Shown here: positions 24,440 through 38,373 of the stretch, one piece after another | Position numbering within the stretch: the first letter of the stretch is position 1 | Layout of the letters: the number at the start of each line of letters is the position of its first letter | Assembly (NCBI GenBank): GCA_044892505.1 | Contig: CM097882.1 | Coordinates: forward strand, 124,558,001 to 124,622,000 | Reading direction: 5' to 3' | Length of the DNA stretch: 64,000 bases | Origin: Schmidtea nova | Taxonomy: Eukaryota | Program-made: the position numbers and the translations under genes | Notes under the pieces: model-generated | Told to the model about the DNA's origin: nothing | The model's input: only the letters and a program-made list of their open reading frames with translations | Databases searched by the model: none

Positions 24440-27400
24440 TAATATGATATGAATATTATTGTATTGTGTTATTATTATGTGTGTAGAAGAAATATTGTTG
24501 AGCCCAGCTGAGTCACCGGTAAAATCTGTCTAGGGACAGCAAAGGTGCGTGTTATGTACTTCGTGTGGGTGTGTGCTTGTGTGTATTCGAGTATGAAGTA
24601 AACAATAAAGATAATAAATTGCAATTAACAAATTGCTCAACTATTCAGATTTTTTTAATGAAAACTAGAAACAAATGTTTATAAGAATTATTCACAGTAT
24701 ATGTACATCAATGTTATTTCTAATTTCTTTTCTATTATATTCCTTTATAAATTTCTTTTTGTCAATCGTTGATTTTCTTCTTTGCTTTGACTTTTTGATT
24801 TTCTTTGGTTATTCTTAGTAATTGTAATCTGGTAATTTGCTTAGCAATTTTTTTATAGATTCTTTTTTTGGTTTTACGATTTCTACAGTATATTTACTAT
24901 AAAAAATGTTTTATTGAATTTTTAATTTTTTTAAAATTAGATTTTGAATTTAATTTTCCTGAAGAATTAAAATGTAAAGATTAAATAACAAAATGGAGGG
25001 CCATCATACCCATACAACACTATACAGATCGTATCAATAATAAACATTAAAAATATAATAATAAAAATAACATTAATATAACTTTTACATAACTTCCCAC
25101 TTTAAAACTGGAGGTTATTATGTTTACAAAGAAAACAATCTGTACATATTTCAACTTGTGTTCTATGTTCTCCCCCCTTTAAAACCGGTAGGTTACAATA
25201 TTTACAAAAAAATATAATCTATACATGTTTCAATTTTTGCCTTGTGTTGTTAGTTTATGTACTATGTTTTACAGCTTACTAAAAAAATATAAAAATGCAC
25301 AACTAAACTTTGTTTGTGCATGCGTGTTGTTTTTATTTGAGAAAGTCACTGTAGCGTTTTTTTGTATTCTAGTATGATTGCTGAGTTTTTGTTGAGAGGT
25401 TTTTAAGGGTCTTTTGGTAGTTTGATTTTCGTTGTTAGAGGGGTTGTGTGTTGTTTGGTTGTTGTATTGGTATGGTTTTAATCTGCGAATGTTTATTCTG
25501 ACTTTTTTGTTGTTTATTAGTAATGTACCGACGTTTCCGTTCATTTCAAGTAGTGTGTAAGGGCCTTCGTATTTTGATTCGAAACCGCTGGTAAAAAATT
25601 TTTATTAGTACCGTATGGACGATGAGATTTGTTTTTGATTGTTTGGGTTTATTGTCTTTGTTTTTTGGTACTTCTTTTGTTTTGTTTTGATTTGCTTTTT
25701 CTTTGGTGTTGGAACATTTTCCTGTTTTCTCAATGCTTTCTGTAAGGTTTGGAAGATTGGTTGTGTCCGAAAGTAAGCTGGCTTGAGCTTTTGTTGTTTA
25801 GTTTTTAAGGGTTGTTTCGTAAACCGATTAGGATTTCTGGGAGTTGTTTATTAGTAGATTGGTTGAGTGTCCGAAAGTAAGTCGGCTGGAGCTTTTGTTG
25901 TTTAGTGTTGAAGGGTTGTTTCGTAAACTGATTAGGATTTCTGGGAGTTTTTCTAACCAGTTCCTATCATTGGCTTTGGCTCTGATTGCTTGTTTTAAAG
26001 ATCTGTGTAGCCTTTCTACTTTGTCGTTTGATTGTGAGTTATATGCTGTTGTTCTGACTTTTTTATTTTATATTTTAAGCACAGTCCTTTGAATAGACCT
26101 AACTCAAATTATCTACTTTGATCGCTGATAATTGTTTTTGGGCATCCGTATCTCGCAAACCAGTTTAATTCTAGTTTTCTGCAAATAGTTGCTGCTGAGA
26201 TCTCTTTGGTTGGGATAGCCTTAAACCAGTTTTTGTTTCGGTAAATTATTGTGAATAGGTATTTGTGTTTGTTGTTAAGTGGTAATGGACCAACTATGTC
26301 TATATTGATTGTTTGGAAAGGTTCTGTTTTCTGGAATTCAATTTATGTTGTTTTGAATTTTTTTGTTATTTTGTATTTCAGGCAGTTTATACATGAATTC
26401 ACAAATTCTTTAATGTCCTTCCTCATGTTTGGTGATACCGCTTTTGTGTGCATGAGTTCGTATGTGGCATTTGTTCCTGAGTATTATATGTTGCGAAATT
26501 TTTTGATGAGTTCGATTATGGTTCCTCAGGTATTGTTAGTCTTATGTTGTTTTCGTTTGAGATATCGTACCAAATTCCTTCTATCTCTTTTAGAGTTTTT
26601 TTGAGTTTTGGGAAGTTTTTATTGTAGTTTCTTGCTTTTTTCATTGTTTCTTGATTCACGATTGGGATCATGCTGATTGCGTTTGTTTCTGTTTCAATTA
26701 GGGAAATGGTATCTGCGCATATGTTTGCTGCTCCTGATATGTTTTTTATTTCTCAATTGAATTGTGAAATGTAATTTAGCTGTTTTATTTGTCTTGGTGT
26801 CAGTAATTTTATGTTGATTGCGTTTACTAGAGGTTTGTGGTCAGTGTACACTTTAAGCTCTTTCCCTTCTATAAGGTTTTGAAAATGTTTCATTGTATGG
26901 TGTACTGCCAGTAGTTCCTTGTCGAAAGTGGAATATCGCATTTGGTGTACTTTGAGTTTTTTTGAGAAGAATGCAATGGGTTGTTTTTCGTTATTTTTCT
27001 TCTGGTATCCTGGCCACCAAAAGTATCCAGCTAGGCAGTTATTTACATATTGCAGTTTATAATTAGCAGCAATTGGAACAAATGTCACAAACACACACGA
27101 ATACTGAATCTCTGTAGTGCTGAAAGAGTTAGTACTTCGTTATATTACCTTTCATTTGGATAACAAGGCGCACTCGTTTAAGCATTGTATCGACCACTTT
27201 TGCCAGGAAATCAGGGGAGATGTGTGACCATTCCTCATGAAAATGCGTTTCTAGTTCGGAGGTGTTTCGGGCAAAAAGAATCCTTTTGCGAACTCGTCTA
27301 CCAAGGAAGTCTCACATAAACTCAATAGGATTCAAAACAGGGCTTTGTGGAACCCAATCAAAAACGTTGATGCTGTGCTACAGAAAGAATTCTTTCAAAA

Positions 27401-28620
27401 TGTGTGAAGACGGGTTTGGTGTAGTATCCTGTTGGAAAATGAGCCCCTCAATTTCTAGGAGAAAGGGAACAAGCTCATTTTCCAGAATGACACGGTTGTT
27501 TGTTGACATGTGTCTGCTCCTGGCGGTACTTCCTCAGAAAGTAGTTAATAGTTTCTTTGGGATGGCCAGTCAATGCAGCAGTTTCATTCTAACTTTTTCC
27601 ACAAAGGTAACATCCGTAAATAATGCCTTTCTGAAAGTCTGTAAGCTCTCCGATGAGCCATATTCTAAGAAAATGACAATCTTTCATTAACATGACTCAC
27701 TGTTATCACTGTTGTGTGTCTGATGTGAGTAGTCATATTATGTGAGTGTAAGTGCGTGCGTGTGTACATGTGCGCATGCAGGTGACCTTTGTTCCCATTG
27801 CTGTTCATATTTGCACTGCAGACGTTCATTATAAACTGCAATATGTAAATAACTGCCTGACTGGAGACTTTTGGTAGGCCGGGGTATATTGTGCCTCCCA
27901 TTGTTATTCCTGAACAGTCTGTGTTGATAATGTATGTTAGGTTTGGGTCGGGGTAGTTTCGTAGACTTGTATTTGACAATTTAGTTTTGCCTTTGCGAAT
28001 GCAGTTTCTAGTTCTTTGTTCCAGTTGATTTTTATGTTTTTTTAAAATTTTGTTTAGTTCGTTTAGTGGTGCAAGGATTTCACTGCAATATGGGATATGC
28101 TTGTAATAAAAATTTATCATGCCTAGAATACGTCTCAATTCTCTTGTTGTTTGGGAAGTGGAAATTTTTGATTGATTTATTTTGTCTTCTAACGGTCTTG
28201 TTCCGTTTTCGTTAAGGATGTGTCCGAGAAATTTAACTTCGTGTTTTAAGAATTCGCATTTCTTTATATTGATTTTGAGATTGTGATTTTTGAGGGTTTT
28301 GAGGACTTCTTTGATGTCTTGTATGTGTTAGGATTTGTTTGTTCACGCAATCAAAATGTCGTCTAGATACGCTACTGTGTTTCTGTAATTTCTCAATATT
28401 TTGTCCATGAATCTTTGAAAAGTCGTGGCAGCGTTTTTTAAACAGAACGGCATTTGGTTGATTTCGTATAACCCGATCGGTGTTATTATTGCTGTTTTTT
28501 ATATCATCTTCGTCTACTGGAATTCGGTCGTATGCTTTTGTAAATCGATTTTGCTGAAATTGTTTGAGATGTATATTCTGTTGATGACGTCGTTGATTAT
28601 CGTCAAATAAATATGTCAAG
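24440..28620 (-). mobile_element. 5'-truncated, decayed Gypsy LTR retrotransposon (RT, RNase H, integrase remnants, PPT, 3' LTR at about 24440-25090)
   Basis: RT remnant (KAYDRIPVDEDDIK), TDCSGITMGGTI-YQ...PIAFFSKKL...KELLAV...VYTDHKPL RNase H, GPY/F-like C-terminus, PPT-like TCCCCCCTTT on +; LTR similar to 61400-61560. Confidence 0.85.
27008..27884 (-). mobile_element. Internally deleted Tc1-like element inserted at a TA in the Gypsy RNase H
   Basis: TA TSD (27006-7, 27885-6); TIR of about 55 bp, (T/C)CC(T/C)GGCC(T)ACCAAAAGT(A/C)TCCAG; C-terminal Tc1 motifs FQQDN, WVPQSPVLNPIE, KGNITKY; removing it restores GGTIYQKK. Confidence 0.9.
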
Positions 28621-29839
28621 TCAATTTTATTCAGGATCAGAAGACACTAATCAAAGTTTTGTATTTTAACTGGAGAATTATTCCACTATTTATTTATTTT
28701 CAAATTTTACACACTAAACCCAATTTGCAATAATATTTAAACAATAACATTTTTTAAGAACCTAATCAAAATTAAATTAAATAATGCCATTTCCAAATAT
28801 TATCCACAGCTTAATAATGATTTAAATGATTAAATAAAATTATAATGACAGACAGGATGCGCTTATAAATTGTTTTAATATTTCCGACTCCCGAAATACT
28901 TTAGATTAGAGTAATAATTTTTTAATAATACGTTATAATTAATTGTAAGACAGCAGTTTCATATAATTACTTTGGTTGTCAATTATCATTTTCTGCTAAT
29001 TTTTTTACCAGGTCAATGTTGATAATTTGTCTTGAAGAGATTTCTCTTAAAAGTTTTTATTTTTAAATTTATTCATGAATTCAGTCATTAGTGATGAAGA
29101 TAAATTTTTAAAAATAATTTTTTTTCAAATAATTTAGACAAATAGAAAACTTTATTATTCCTTTTTATAGTGAATTTTAAATTCATTTGCATATAATATT
29201 TGAGTGTCCCATCATATCCTTGTAATTAGTAACTGCATAGGACATGCAATAGCACAAGATGGTAACAAGTCACTCTTAACCTTTTTAAATTTTACTTTAA
29301 CTTAAGACCTACAGTTAACTTCCAAAATCCTTTAATTTATATCAATAGTTTTCATAATTGTATAACTATATATCAAAATTTATTTTTGGGTTTTTCGAAT
29401 GTTAAGTACACGATATTTCGGCACAGCCTTTATAAAGTGTGTATTTTTTTCCAAGTCGATGTTGATAATTTATAAAGTGTGTATTTCGAAATACACACCT
29501 TAAAAAGGCTATGATGAAATATTGTGTACATATCAACCAAAGAATTTTGATCTATAGTCATGCAATTATATAAATTATCAATATAAATAAAAAGAAATTA
29601 AATGCGAAGGTAAAAGAAAATCCTTTAAACAGATTTTTAATAACTGAGAAATGTTTCTTTGAATTTAGTACAATTGAGTAAAAAGATATCGACACTTAAA
29701 TGAAAAACAATTATTTATTATAATTTACGAAGAAATTATTATTCGACTTCTTGATGAAGACAATAGTTTTAATTACTTATCGTTTCTTACTGAATAACCA
29801 CAAACCCTGAAAACCGTTACAATGAAATTAAGAACAAAT

Positions 29840-30110
29840 TTGAAATACTTTTCTATTTTTAATACCTCTTTTTAAAACACTTAAGTTCTTAAATAATATA
29901 TAGATAACAATTCCGTTAGTCTAAGTTAGGTGTACAAATAAAACGATACAAATAATGTGTGAAATAAATATTAAATAATATATATTTCACATATTATTTG
30001 TTTCGTTTAATTTGTACACCTAACTTAGACTAACGGAATTGTTATCTTTATATTATTTAAGAACTTAGTGCTTCAAAAACAGATAATAAAAATAAGAAAG
30101 TATTTCAAGT
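29840..30110. mobile_element. Foldback (palindromic) MITE-like element
   Basis: Arms of about 120 bp containing GATAACAATTCCGTTAGTCTAAGTTAGGTGTACAAAT and its reverse complement. Confidence 0.8.
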
Positions 30111-30752
30111 TCTTACCTTTATTTTCAAAATTTTTTAAATGACTATTCTTTGGTAAAATTTCAAAAATAATGTATTTTTCCTATTACAATTGCTCAGTAG
30201 AAATTTTTTTTTCAAAATAGTTTTTAACAACCATTATATGGTAAAAAGTATCATTTATTATAATTGTTATTTATTACGACTTCAATTGGGAAATAAGTCT
30301 ATCAGAATTACGCTATTGAACATCGAAATTCATGCAAATAATAAACTTAAAATTTTACGAATTTTTAAAATTTATTTCGAATTTTTGTAAGCTTTCATCT
30401 TCAAAACTCGCTGAATAGGAGTGATATCCAAATTTAGAATTAATTCTGTGATACATATTTTTTTCTAATTAAAAATTAAAATAAATTATTTAAATTGCTC
30501 CATAAAAAGTTTCTATATGAATAAATAGTGGTCGCCGCACAATATAGGAGTGGACAAAATTTAAACAAAAAACACGTTGGTATTATTTTATCAGATCAAT
30601 CAGAATCAAGTTCTATATTGGACTGTAGTGCATATCACAATACCAATGCGTTTATTTTGTTTAAAATTTGTCCAGAAATTTTTGTCTCCATACCCTTTTG
30701 TTTTAGTACATAAAAAATCTGATAAAAAAATTATTAATTAGATACTATAAAA

Positions 30753-31180
30753 CAAGGGTTGGTACGCATGAGTTCAATGAGAGACAATTTCCGATAATTT
30801 ATTTTTTAAAGAGCCACCATAGTAAAATACACATTTTTTTTATTTCATTAATTTTATTAAAAAAGACTTACAACGCTAAAAGAAAATAATTATTTCAAAA
30901 TTTAAGTAACAAAAATATAATATAATAAAAATCCATTAATAAAAAGTAATGAAAATCCATTAATAAAAAGTAATAAAAATCCTTGAATTAACGAAGACTC
31001 TTGGTCAAAGACTCTGGCAACAAAAAAATTTTTTTTTAAAAATTCAGTGAAAAATTCCAAACCAAAAAAATCAGTGGAAAAAAAAATCGAATTCAATTTT
31101 CAAATTCAATTATCAATGAGCCGCAGTTTACTCAACGAAGAGCCGCATGCGGCTCCAAGAGCCGCATTTGCCCACCTTTG
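30753..31180. mobile_element. Non-autonomous hAT element
   Basis: 8-bp TSD CTATAAAA (30745-52, 31181-88); TIR CAAGGGTTGG / CCCACCTTTG; GAGCCGCATGCGGCTC subterminal palindrome. Confidence 0.85.
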
Positions 31181-34084
31181 CTATAAAATATCTACAAATA
31201 ATTGTAATTACTTACAACTTTCTAATGAATAGCTCAGCATGACTAGATCAGACATAAAATTTAAAAACAATTGAACAAATCACAATGAACTTTTTAATGA
31301 CAGTGTAATATTTTATTAATAAAATTTTCTTTCAAATCTGACCTAACCCTTCATGGTTTCTAGTCCAAACTGTCTGTACAACAGATGTTATTTTATCAGA
31401 ATGTAAATCTGTAAATTGGGTTAGAGATAAAATCGGTGACATACTAAGAACGAATTTACCAGAAAATGTTTAAAAGGGTCCAGAAAATAATTTTGGAAAA
31501 CTTTATTTGAGTAAAATATGTGAAAAGTCAACAAAATAAATTTTAGACTTCTATTATCACTACAACATTCGTGGTAACGCAAGGAACCTAGAGAATGGTG
31601 AAACTCAAGAAAAATCATTGATTATTTTTATTATTTTTTATTACAGCAAGAGAAATTGTAGAATTAGAATATCTTAACGTTATTAAACGATTACCAGGAA
31701 TATAAAAATAAGCCTCAAACTTGAAAAAACTCGTCTTTAGCCGAACGTAGCATAATGAAGAAAACGAGATTAAGTAAAAATGAAATTTATAAAAGGTAAT
31801 ATTACAGTCATATAAAAGATAAGAAATTAAATTGTTTTCGTCGAAAATTAGTTCATAATTCGTACTGTGCAAAATATTCAAAAGCATTATTCAATTAATG
31901 ATTAAGCAATAAATTTCTTCTGCATCTTTTATTGTTATCTTGGATGTATTTGAGATTACTTTATTTACAATGGCATAGATATTAAAAAAGAATAAAATTT
32001 TGTATGTATTGTGGTATAGGTAATGCCTATAAATACGNNNNNNNNNNNNNNNNNNNNNNNNNNNNNNNNNNNNNNNNNNNNNNNNNNNNNNNNNNNNNNN
32101 NNNNNNNNNNNNNNNNNNNNNNNNNNNNNNNNNNNNNNNNNNNNNNNNNNNNNNNNNNNNNNNNNNNNNNNNNNNNNNNNNNNNNNNNNNNNNNNNNNNN
32201 NNNNNNNNNNNNNNNNNNNNNNNNNNNNNNNNNNNNNNNNNNNNNNNNNNNNNNNNNNNNNNNNNNNNNNNNNNNNNNNNNNNNNNNNNNNNNNNNNNNN
32301 NNNNNNNNNNNNNNNNNNNNNNNNNNNNNNNNNNNNNNNNNNNNNNNNNNNNNNNNNNNNNNNNNNNNNNNNNNNNNNNNNNNNNNNNNNNNNNNNNNNN
32401 NNNNNNNNNNNNNNNNNNNNNNNNNNNNNNNNNNNNNNNNNNNNNNNNNNNNNNNNNNNNNNNNNNNNNNNNNNNNAATTCTTTTTTCAAATCCATGCTT
32501 TATGCGAGAAGAACTCCACTTGGCTGAGAAATTTTTTTTTGTTATATTTTGTAGAAGGGAAAATTATATTACATTTTTCGTGTGTCCTCAAAAAAAATTT
32601 GTAAAAAAAAATTTGTTTTCAAATTTTTTTTCAAAACATTTATTTTTATATTAAAAGTTAAATTAATTAAATAAAAAAGCAAAAAAAAGCATTAAAAAAA
32701 TTAAAAAAAAATTTCACTTGAGATGATTCGAACAATAATTTATATTACATTTACACGCAAAATTTCTCTGAAGACACCAACACATTTACCTCTCGTCCAT
32801 TGTTAAATGTATGGGGAAATTCAAATTGTTATTTAGTTAACTTAATTAACTTTTTTTGGTCAAATTTATCAATTTCCGTGTATTGTCACCGGAAGTGAGC
32901 AAGTGTGCAAAATTTGAAGTGAATCGGTTGAGAGAAAAGCACTAAAAAATTGATTTGTAATTTTGTGGCACACACATATATATAGAAAGCAACCTTATAT
33001 AAAGCATGGAAAGAACACCATTTCTAAAAAAAATTTTTGTAGTATATTTCGAAAGCCAAGCTGTCATCTTCAGGCAATAAACAGATTCAATTAAATAAAA
33101 ATTGACCTTATTTATACTTTATTAGTGATTTCATAATCACATGTGCAAAATCCAATAAAGCTTTTATTAGCCTTAGTAAACTTAATTAAAAACTCACAAA
33201 ATGTATTTCTTATGTATTTTAAAATAATTGATTTTATCATCAAAATCTCTAGACAATATTTTAAAATTAGAAATATCAATTCTTTTAATGCATGTCTTAT
33301 TATGCTAAAAATATTACTGTTTCCGTTCTTTCTGATACGTTCTTATATTCGTGTCAATAGTAGTAGAATAACATTTAAAATATAATTAAATAAATTTTAA
33401 AAATTAAATATTATTCTAATAAAAATACATTTTATTTTTTAATCAATACAAATTTACTATACAAAAAATTTAGATTTTGAAAAAATGCGAACAATTTAAA
33501 ATTATTCATTCAAAATTATCTAATTGTAACATAACTAAATTTATCATATATACATTCAATATGTAAACAAACTCACGTTAACATCTTCCTTTTTTAAACC
33601 CATTCAAAAACACATATTCGCAGCATTTCGTACATTAATTTTTTGGTCCAATGTTCTTATTACCAACGCCTCACAAATAACTCGTTCAAACTAATTAGTA
33701 ATATTTTTTATAAAATTTTAAAATCAGACAAACCTATTTTTCTCATACAATTTTTATTTTGATCACATATATTGGTCACTTTTTTTATCAACAATGTTTA
33801 AGAACTCGAGAAAAAAAAAGACGGGTAGTTATTCCAATATGCAGCATTACNNNNNNNNNNNNNNNNNNNNNNNNNNNNNNNNNNNNNNNNNNNNNNNNNN
33901 NNNNNNNNNNNNNNNNNNNNNNNNNNNNNNNNNNNNNNNNNNNNNNNNNNNNNNNNNNNNNNNNNNNNNNNNNNNNNNNNNNNNNNNNNNNNNNNNNNNN
34001 NNNNNNNNNNNNNNNNNNNNNNNNNNNNNNNNNNNNNNNNNNNNNNNNNNNNNNNNNNNNNNNNNNNNNNNNNNNNNNNNNNNN

Positions 34085-34247
34085 TTTGATCTTTTTTTAT
34101 TATTATCAATAATTCTCATAATGACTATAGATCAAAATTTTTTTTTATAAACAATAACACAATATTTCGGCACAGCCTTTATACACACTTGATAAAGGCT
34201 GTGCTGAAATATTGTGTTATTGTTTATAAAAAAAATTTTGATCTATA
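34085..34247. mobile_element. Foldback MITE copy (same family as 20337-21015 and the degraded copy at 29405-29600)
   Basis: Same GACTATAGATC...GGCACAGCCTTTAT / GATAAAGGCTGTGC arms; flanked by N gaps. Confidence 0.8.
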
Positions 34248-36035
34248 NNNNNNNNNNNNNNNNNNNNNNNNNNNNNNNNNNNNNNNNNNNNNNNNNNNNN
34301 NNNNNNNNNNNNNNNNNNNNNNNNNNNNNNNNNNNNNNNNNNNNNNNNNNNNNNNNNNNNNNNNNNNNNNNNNNNNNNNNNNNTTATTAATTTCAAAAAT
34401 ATAGTAATAATTCTGTAACTATTTATTAAAGTTCTTTCTAAAGTTCTTTCTAAAGTTCTTTCTATATATTAAAATTCTTTTAATTTTTGTAATTCAATTT
34501 TAATTTCTTAGGCAAAATATTTTCTTAAATTTTGAAATTCTTTTCAGTTACATAATGAGGCAATATTCGACTAAAAAGGAATTAAAACAATCTGATAAAT
34601 GTCAAGTTAAAAAACATTTACCTTATTTCAAAATATAAATTTTGTGATGTATTTATTTCTAGAACTTTCATTAGAATTTTCACTATAATAAAATGATTTT
34701 ACTGACTAGTTTATCATTATGTGAAATCTTAATAAAAATACACCGATCTATCTAATCACTTTAAACATATTTGAAGTGTTAAAAAAATAATTTACTTTTG
34801 AATATTTTAACGTTTTTGCAAAACTTTTATAATTAAAAAAATATTAAAAATCCAATCAAAATGAAATTTATCGTTTGGTTTCACTTTTAATCTCTTTTTT
34901 AAATTCAATAATTATTTGCAAAACTATATATCGAAATTTTTGAATCGACAATCTAATTTAATAATTCATTTTAACAGGTTATTATTGGTTAAAAAATATT
35001 GACAATAAGGATTTTCGAGAAGGTCATGAACGAACTTTCTAACCTTCATCGATCAGAGATAAATACTATTTGTTCATCAGAAAAAAATTATGACTTAATA
35101 TGGTCTACATCAAACCATTATTCCTCTTGGCCAAGAAATGCATTCCTTGCACTGAGCACTTAGCTGGATATGATTTCATATTGGGGCCGACTTAAAAAGT
35201 GTGTCTAGTATATCTTGGGTATTCTTTAAACGCATTGAAAATTTTGTGATGAATTTAATCATTTCTCTGCAAACCTTCAAAGTTTCGAACTTTCGCGAAA
35301 GCCATAGTTAAAACTAAATTTTTATTCATTTTCTAATGATTTAAATTTTCAATTTAATAATGAAAATAATAATGATAAGTAATTAAAAAAAAAATATTTG
35401 AAAAGCTTTGAAAATATTCATTTTGAAAACAAACTGAATTCGTTTTGTTTAAAACAAATTTCAGTTAAACAATGCAGCCATGTGATTTCTTAGTGCGTAG
35501 ATGTAATGAAGTGAAAAAAACATGAACATAAAAATATTATTTTTGACAATTTATAAATTAAAAAAAATTCTCAATTCAATTAAGTACGTCGTAGTGGTCG
35601 ATGTAATTTTTAATAGTACTTCAGTGTAAAATTTATTTATTTTCATCAATAATATATAAAACTCGATCCTATAAAGAACCAAGTCTAGTAACCTGTCACT
35701 GCAAAAGACTTTGGACATCTTTAAATTTAGTAGAAACTTTGAATATTAAAAATTATTAATTAATTATAATTTAATTTTTTAATACACAATTTTACAAACA
35801 AAATTGAGTAATTAATTAATGCTGCTACCACGAAACTACCACAAAAAACTGTATTTTAATTATCGTAAAATGAATTTTAAGTTTCAATAAATTTTTCATT
35901 CTTGAAAACAACGAATTACAATAAAAATTTTATATCAATTATTAAATATGTTAATAATTCAACACAATACAAAATAAACAAATGAATATTTTAAGATTTA
36001 AATAATACAAATAACTTTATTAAAAAAACTCTTAC

Positions 36036-36716
36036 TTGAGACATAAGATGATGAACCAGTCCGACTTCATGAGCAACAAATTCTAATAAAATCAGCGTTA
36101 TTAACAAGCTCCAACTCAACAATGTGTAATGTGCAGCAACAAGAACGATGAACAAAACACTTAAAACGGCAGAAATAAATATTGCTTGCCAAAGCCTTAC
36201 TGGAATCATTGTGTATAACAATAAAATAGTCTGAATATTTAAGAACAAATTGAACATTAAACTAACTAAAGGAGAAGAGGTAAAAAACGAAACAATTGAA
36301 TAAAAGCCTAAGAATAGGCCTAGAATCAAATACAACCAATTATACCACTTTTTAAAGAATTCATTAGCAAAAGTCAAACCCAATAAGATTCCAAAGACAA
36401 AAAGCGCTGAAAATAAAGAAACTAAGTACCAAACAGAATTTTCGATTTTTATGAAAAAATAAATAATCCAAACAATGGAAATAACCATGGAAAACACACA
36501 AGAAAATCTAAATCTATTGACTGCTTGTAAAAGAGAACATTCTTGATAATAATCTTCCAGAACTTTGGAATCATATCTTAAATTAACTATGTTTCCACTT
36601 GATCTTTCAAAAAGACAGCATGACCTTTTCGACTGTTTCTTATTGGGTACGCTAAACTTAACTTTGGGTTCTTCATTTGTTTCATTTAAATTTTGCAATG
36701 AAATTTTATCCGTCAT
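36036..36716 (-). CDS. ADCY9: Adenylate cyclase 9-like, first coding exon (N-terminus and M1 transmembrane cassette)
   Basis: LFERSSG...RYDSKVLE...RFRFS followed by six hydrophobic helices ending HLMSQ|GTAAGA; joins exon 2 in frame. Confidence 0.9.
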
Positions 36717-37899
36717 ATCAAGTCAGTATATCAACAAAAAGACTAAAAAATTTCTAAATTTACACTATAAAAATTTCATTGAAAATTTAAAAAAAAGTAA
36801 ATTTATCTAATAAATAAATAAATTAATATTTTGAAATTCAGAAGCTTGGTTTGAAAATGATTTAATTTAGTAAAACAAATTCTGAAAAATTAAACTTGTT
36901 GGAAATTATTTATTTCAGTTTATTATTATTTTAAATAAGTAATTTGGACAATTTAGGCAAGAAAAATTGGAAATCAGATTTTTGAATAAATACATAAGAA
37001 AAAACTAAAGCTTTGTAAAAATTATTATAAAACAAAATTCAGTAATGAATAAAAATTTAATTTAATAACTTAAAATTTAAAAAATAATTTTAGTGATTTT
37101 AATAGTAGTGAACTTTATTTAAATTTATAGTGAAAGAACTTTAAAATTAGTTTAAATCATAGTTTTCTAAAAAGTCGATGGAACTTGTGCAGTAGATTAG
37201 AAGTCGTTGGATAACTTAGATGAATATTTCCTTGGTTTATGAAAATATAAGATATTTTTAAAATAATCATGTTGGAATAAAACACAGCACTTTAGTTATG
37301 CCTTGGTTGTGAGTATAGTTCTGATTGTTAATATCGTTTACTTACGTATAGTTGGTGTATAGATCGTGGTGGGTTGTTGATCGTCAATATGACCTTGACG
37401 TTGCCATAGCTCTCATCAACAACTCAACACATAAAACATTGAAATAACCATCTTGTTGCCCGTCACAATGTAACGTTGGTAATGCAACAAATGGGTGGGT
37501 ATTCGCAATCAGTGAGCGTCGTCAATACGAAACTATGATTGACCGAATATCTTCTGGGTCCAAGGGCTACCGATAGAAGGTTTAATGACCATTTTGTCCC
37601 TCCTATGCATTATTTACAAAAAATGAGTTATATCGAACTAAATTTACTCTTAATCCTCAATTGATTTTAGTCAATTTATTCCCTTCAAACATTCAAACTA
37701 ATAAATATTTCAAAATACAAGAGAAAAATTTAATGTTAACAAAAAACAACAACATAAACTACAAAGTAAAGCAAATAAATACAAGATAAAATATTCATTG
37801 CCGATTCACATCCCAGCAATGTAATGGCAATCACTTCTAAAGACTCTTTGCGGATTTGCCCCAGAAATCTCGTTTCCTGACGACGTCTTCGTCGAGCCC

Positions 37900-38373
37900 T
37901 CACTCCTTTGTTGGGTTTCTGTCTTGTCGTTTTTCTGGAACCGGAGGTGTCAAGATCTCTTCTTCGACCCTCACTGGGAACAATTCTTGAGGTGGGCATG
38001 GAGTTTTCGGCAAGACAGAAGTGATAATGCCGCTATCCACCTTCAGTTTCCCGATCAGGACCTCCTGTTCCCGTATCGTAACACGGCATGCTCGCAATCT
38101 CATTGCGTCTTCTGCAGCCTGTTGTAGAAGCATCTGATTCTTCTTCTTCAGCTTGTCGACGGTCTCCTTGTCGGACCAGGTCGACTCCATCTCTCTGCAC
38201 CGCGCTCGAAATTTCTCCATCCGGGAGGTCATAATTTGCAGCGCGTCAGAGTTTGAGGTTTTCGCCTTTTTCATCTCGGCGAAGCACTGATCTACCCGGC
38301 GATTATGTCGGGCATTTTCCAAGATCAATCGGTGCATTTCCTCAAATTTTTGTTCCAGGTTCATTTCTGACAT
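37900..38373 (-). CDS. Orphan coiled-coil ORF (157 aa), possibly a TE-derived or pseudogene exon
   Basis: GC-richer than its flanks, heptad-like segments, ATG directly after TTTTAG; no family recognised. Confidence 0.4.
   Translation of the reverse strand: MSEMNLEQKFEEMHRLILENARHNRRVDQCFAEMKKAKTSNSDALQIMTSRMEKFRARCREMESTWSDKETVDKLKKKNQMLLQQAAEDAMRLRACRVTIREQEVLIGKLKVDSGIITSVLPKTPCPPQELFPVRVEEEILTPPVPEKRQDRNPTKE

Noticed and set aside
35991-36035. C-terminal VRVFLIKLFVLFKS of the 241-aa ORF
   Set aside because: This is read-through into the intron after the CAA|GTAAGA donor.
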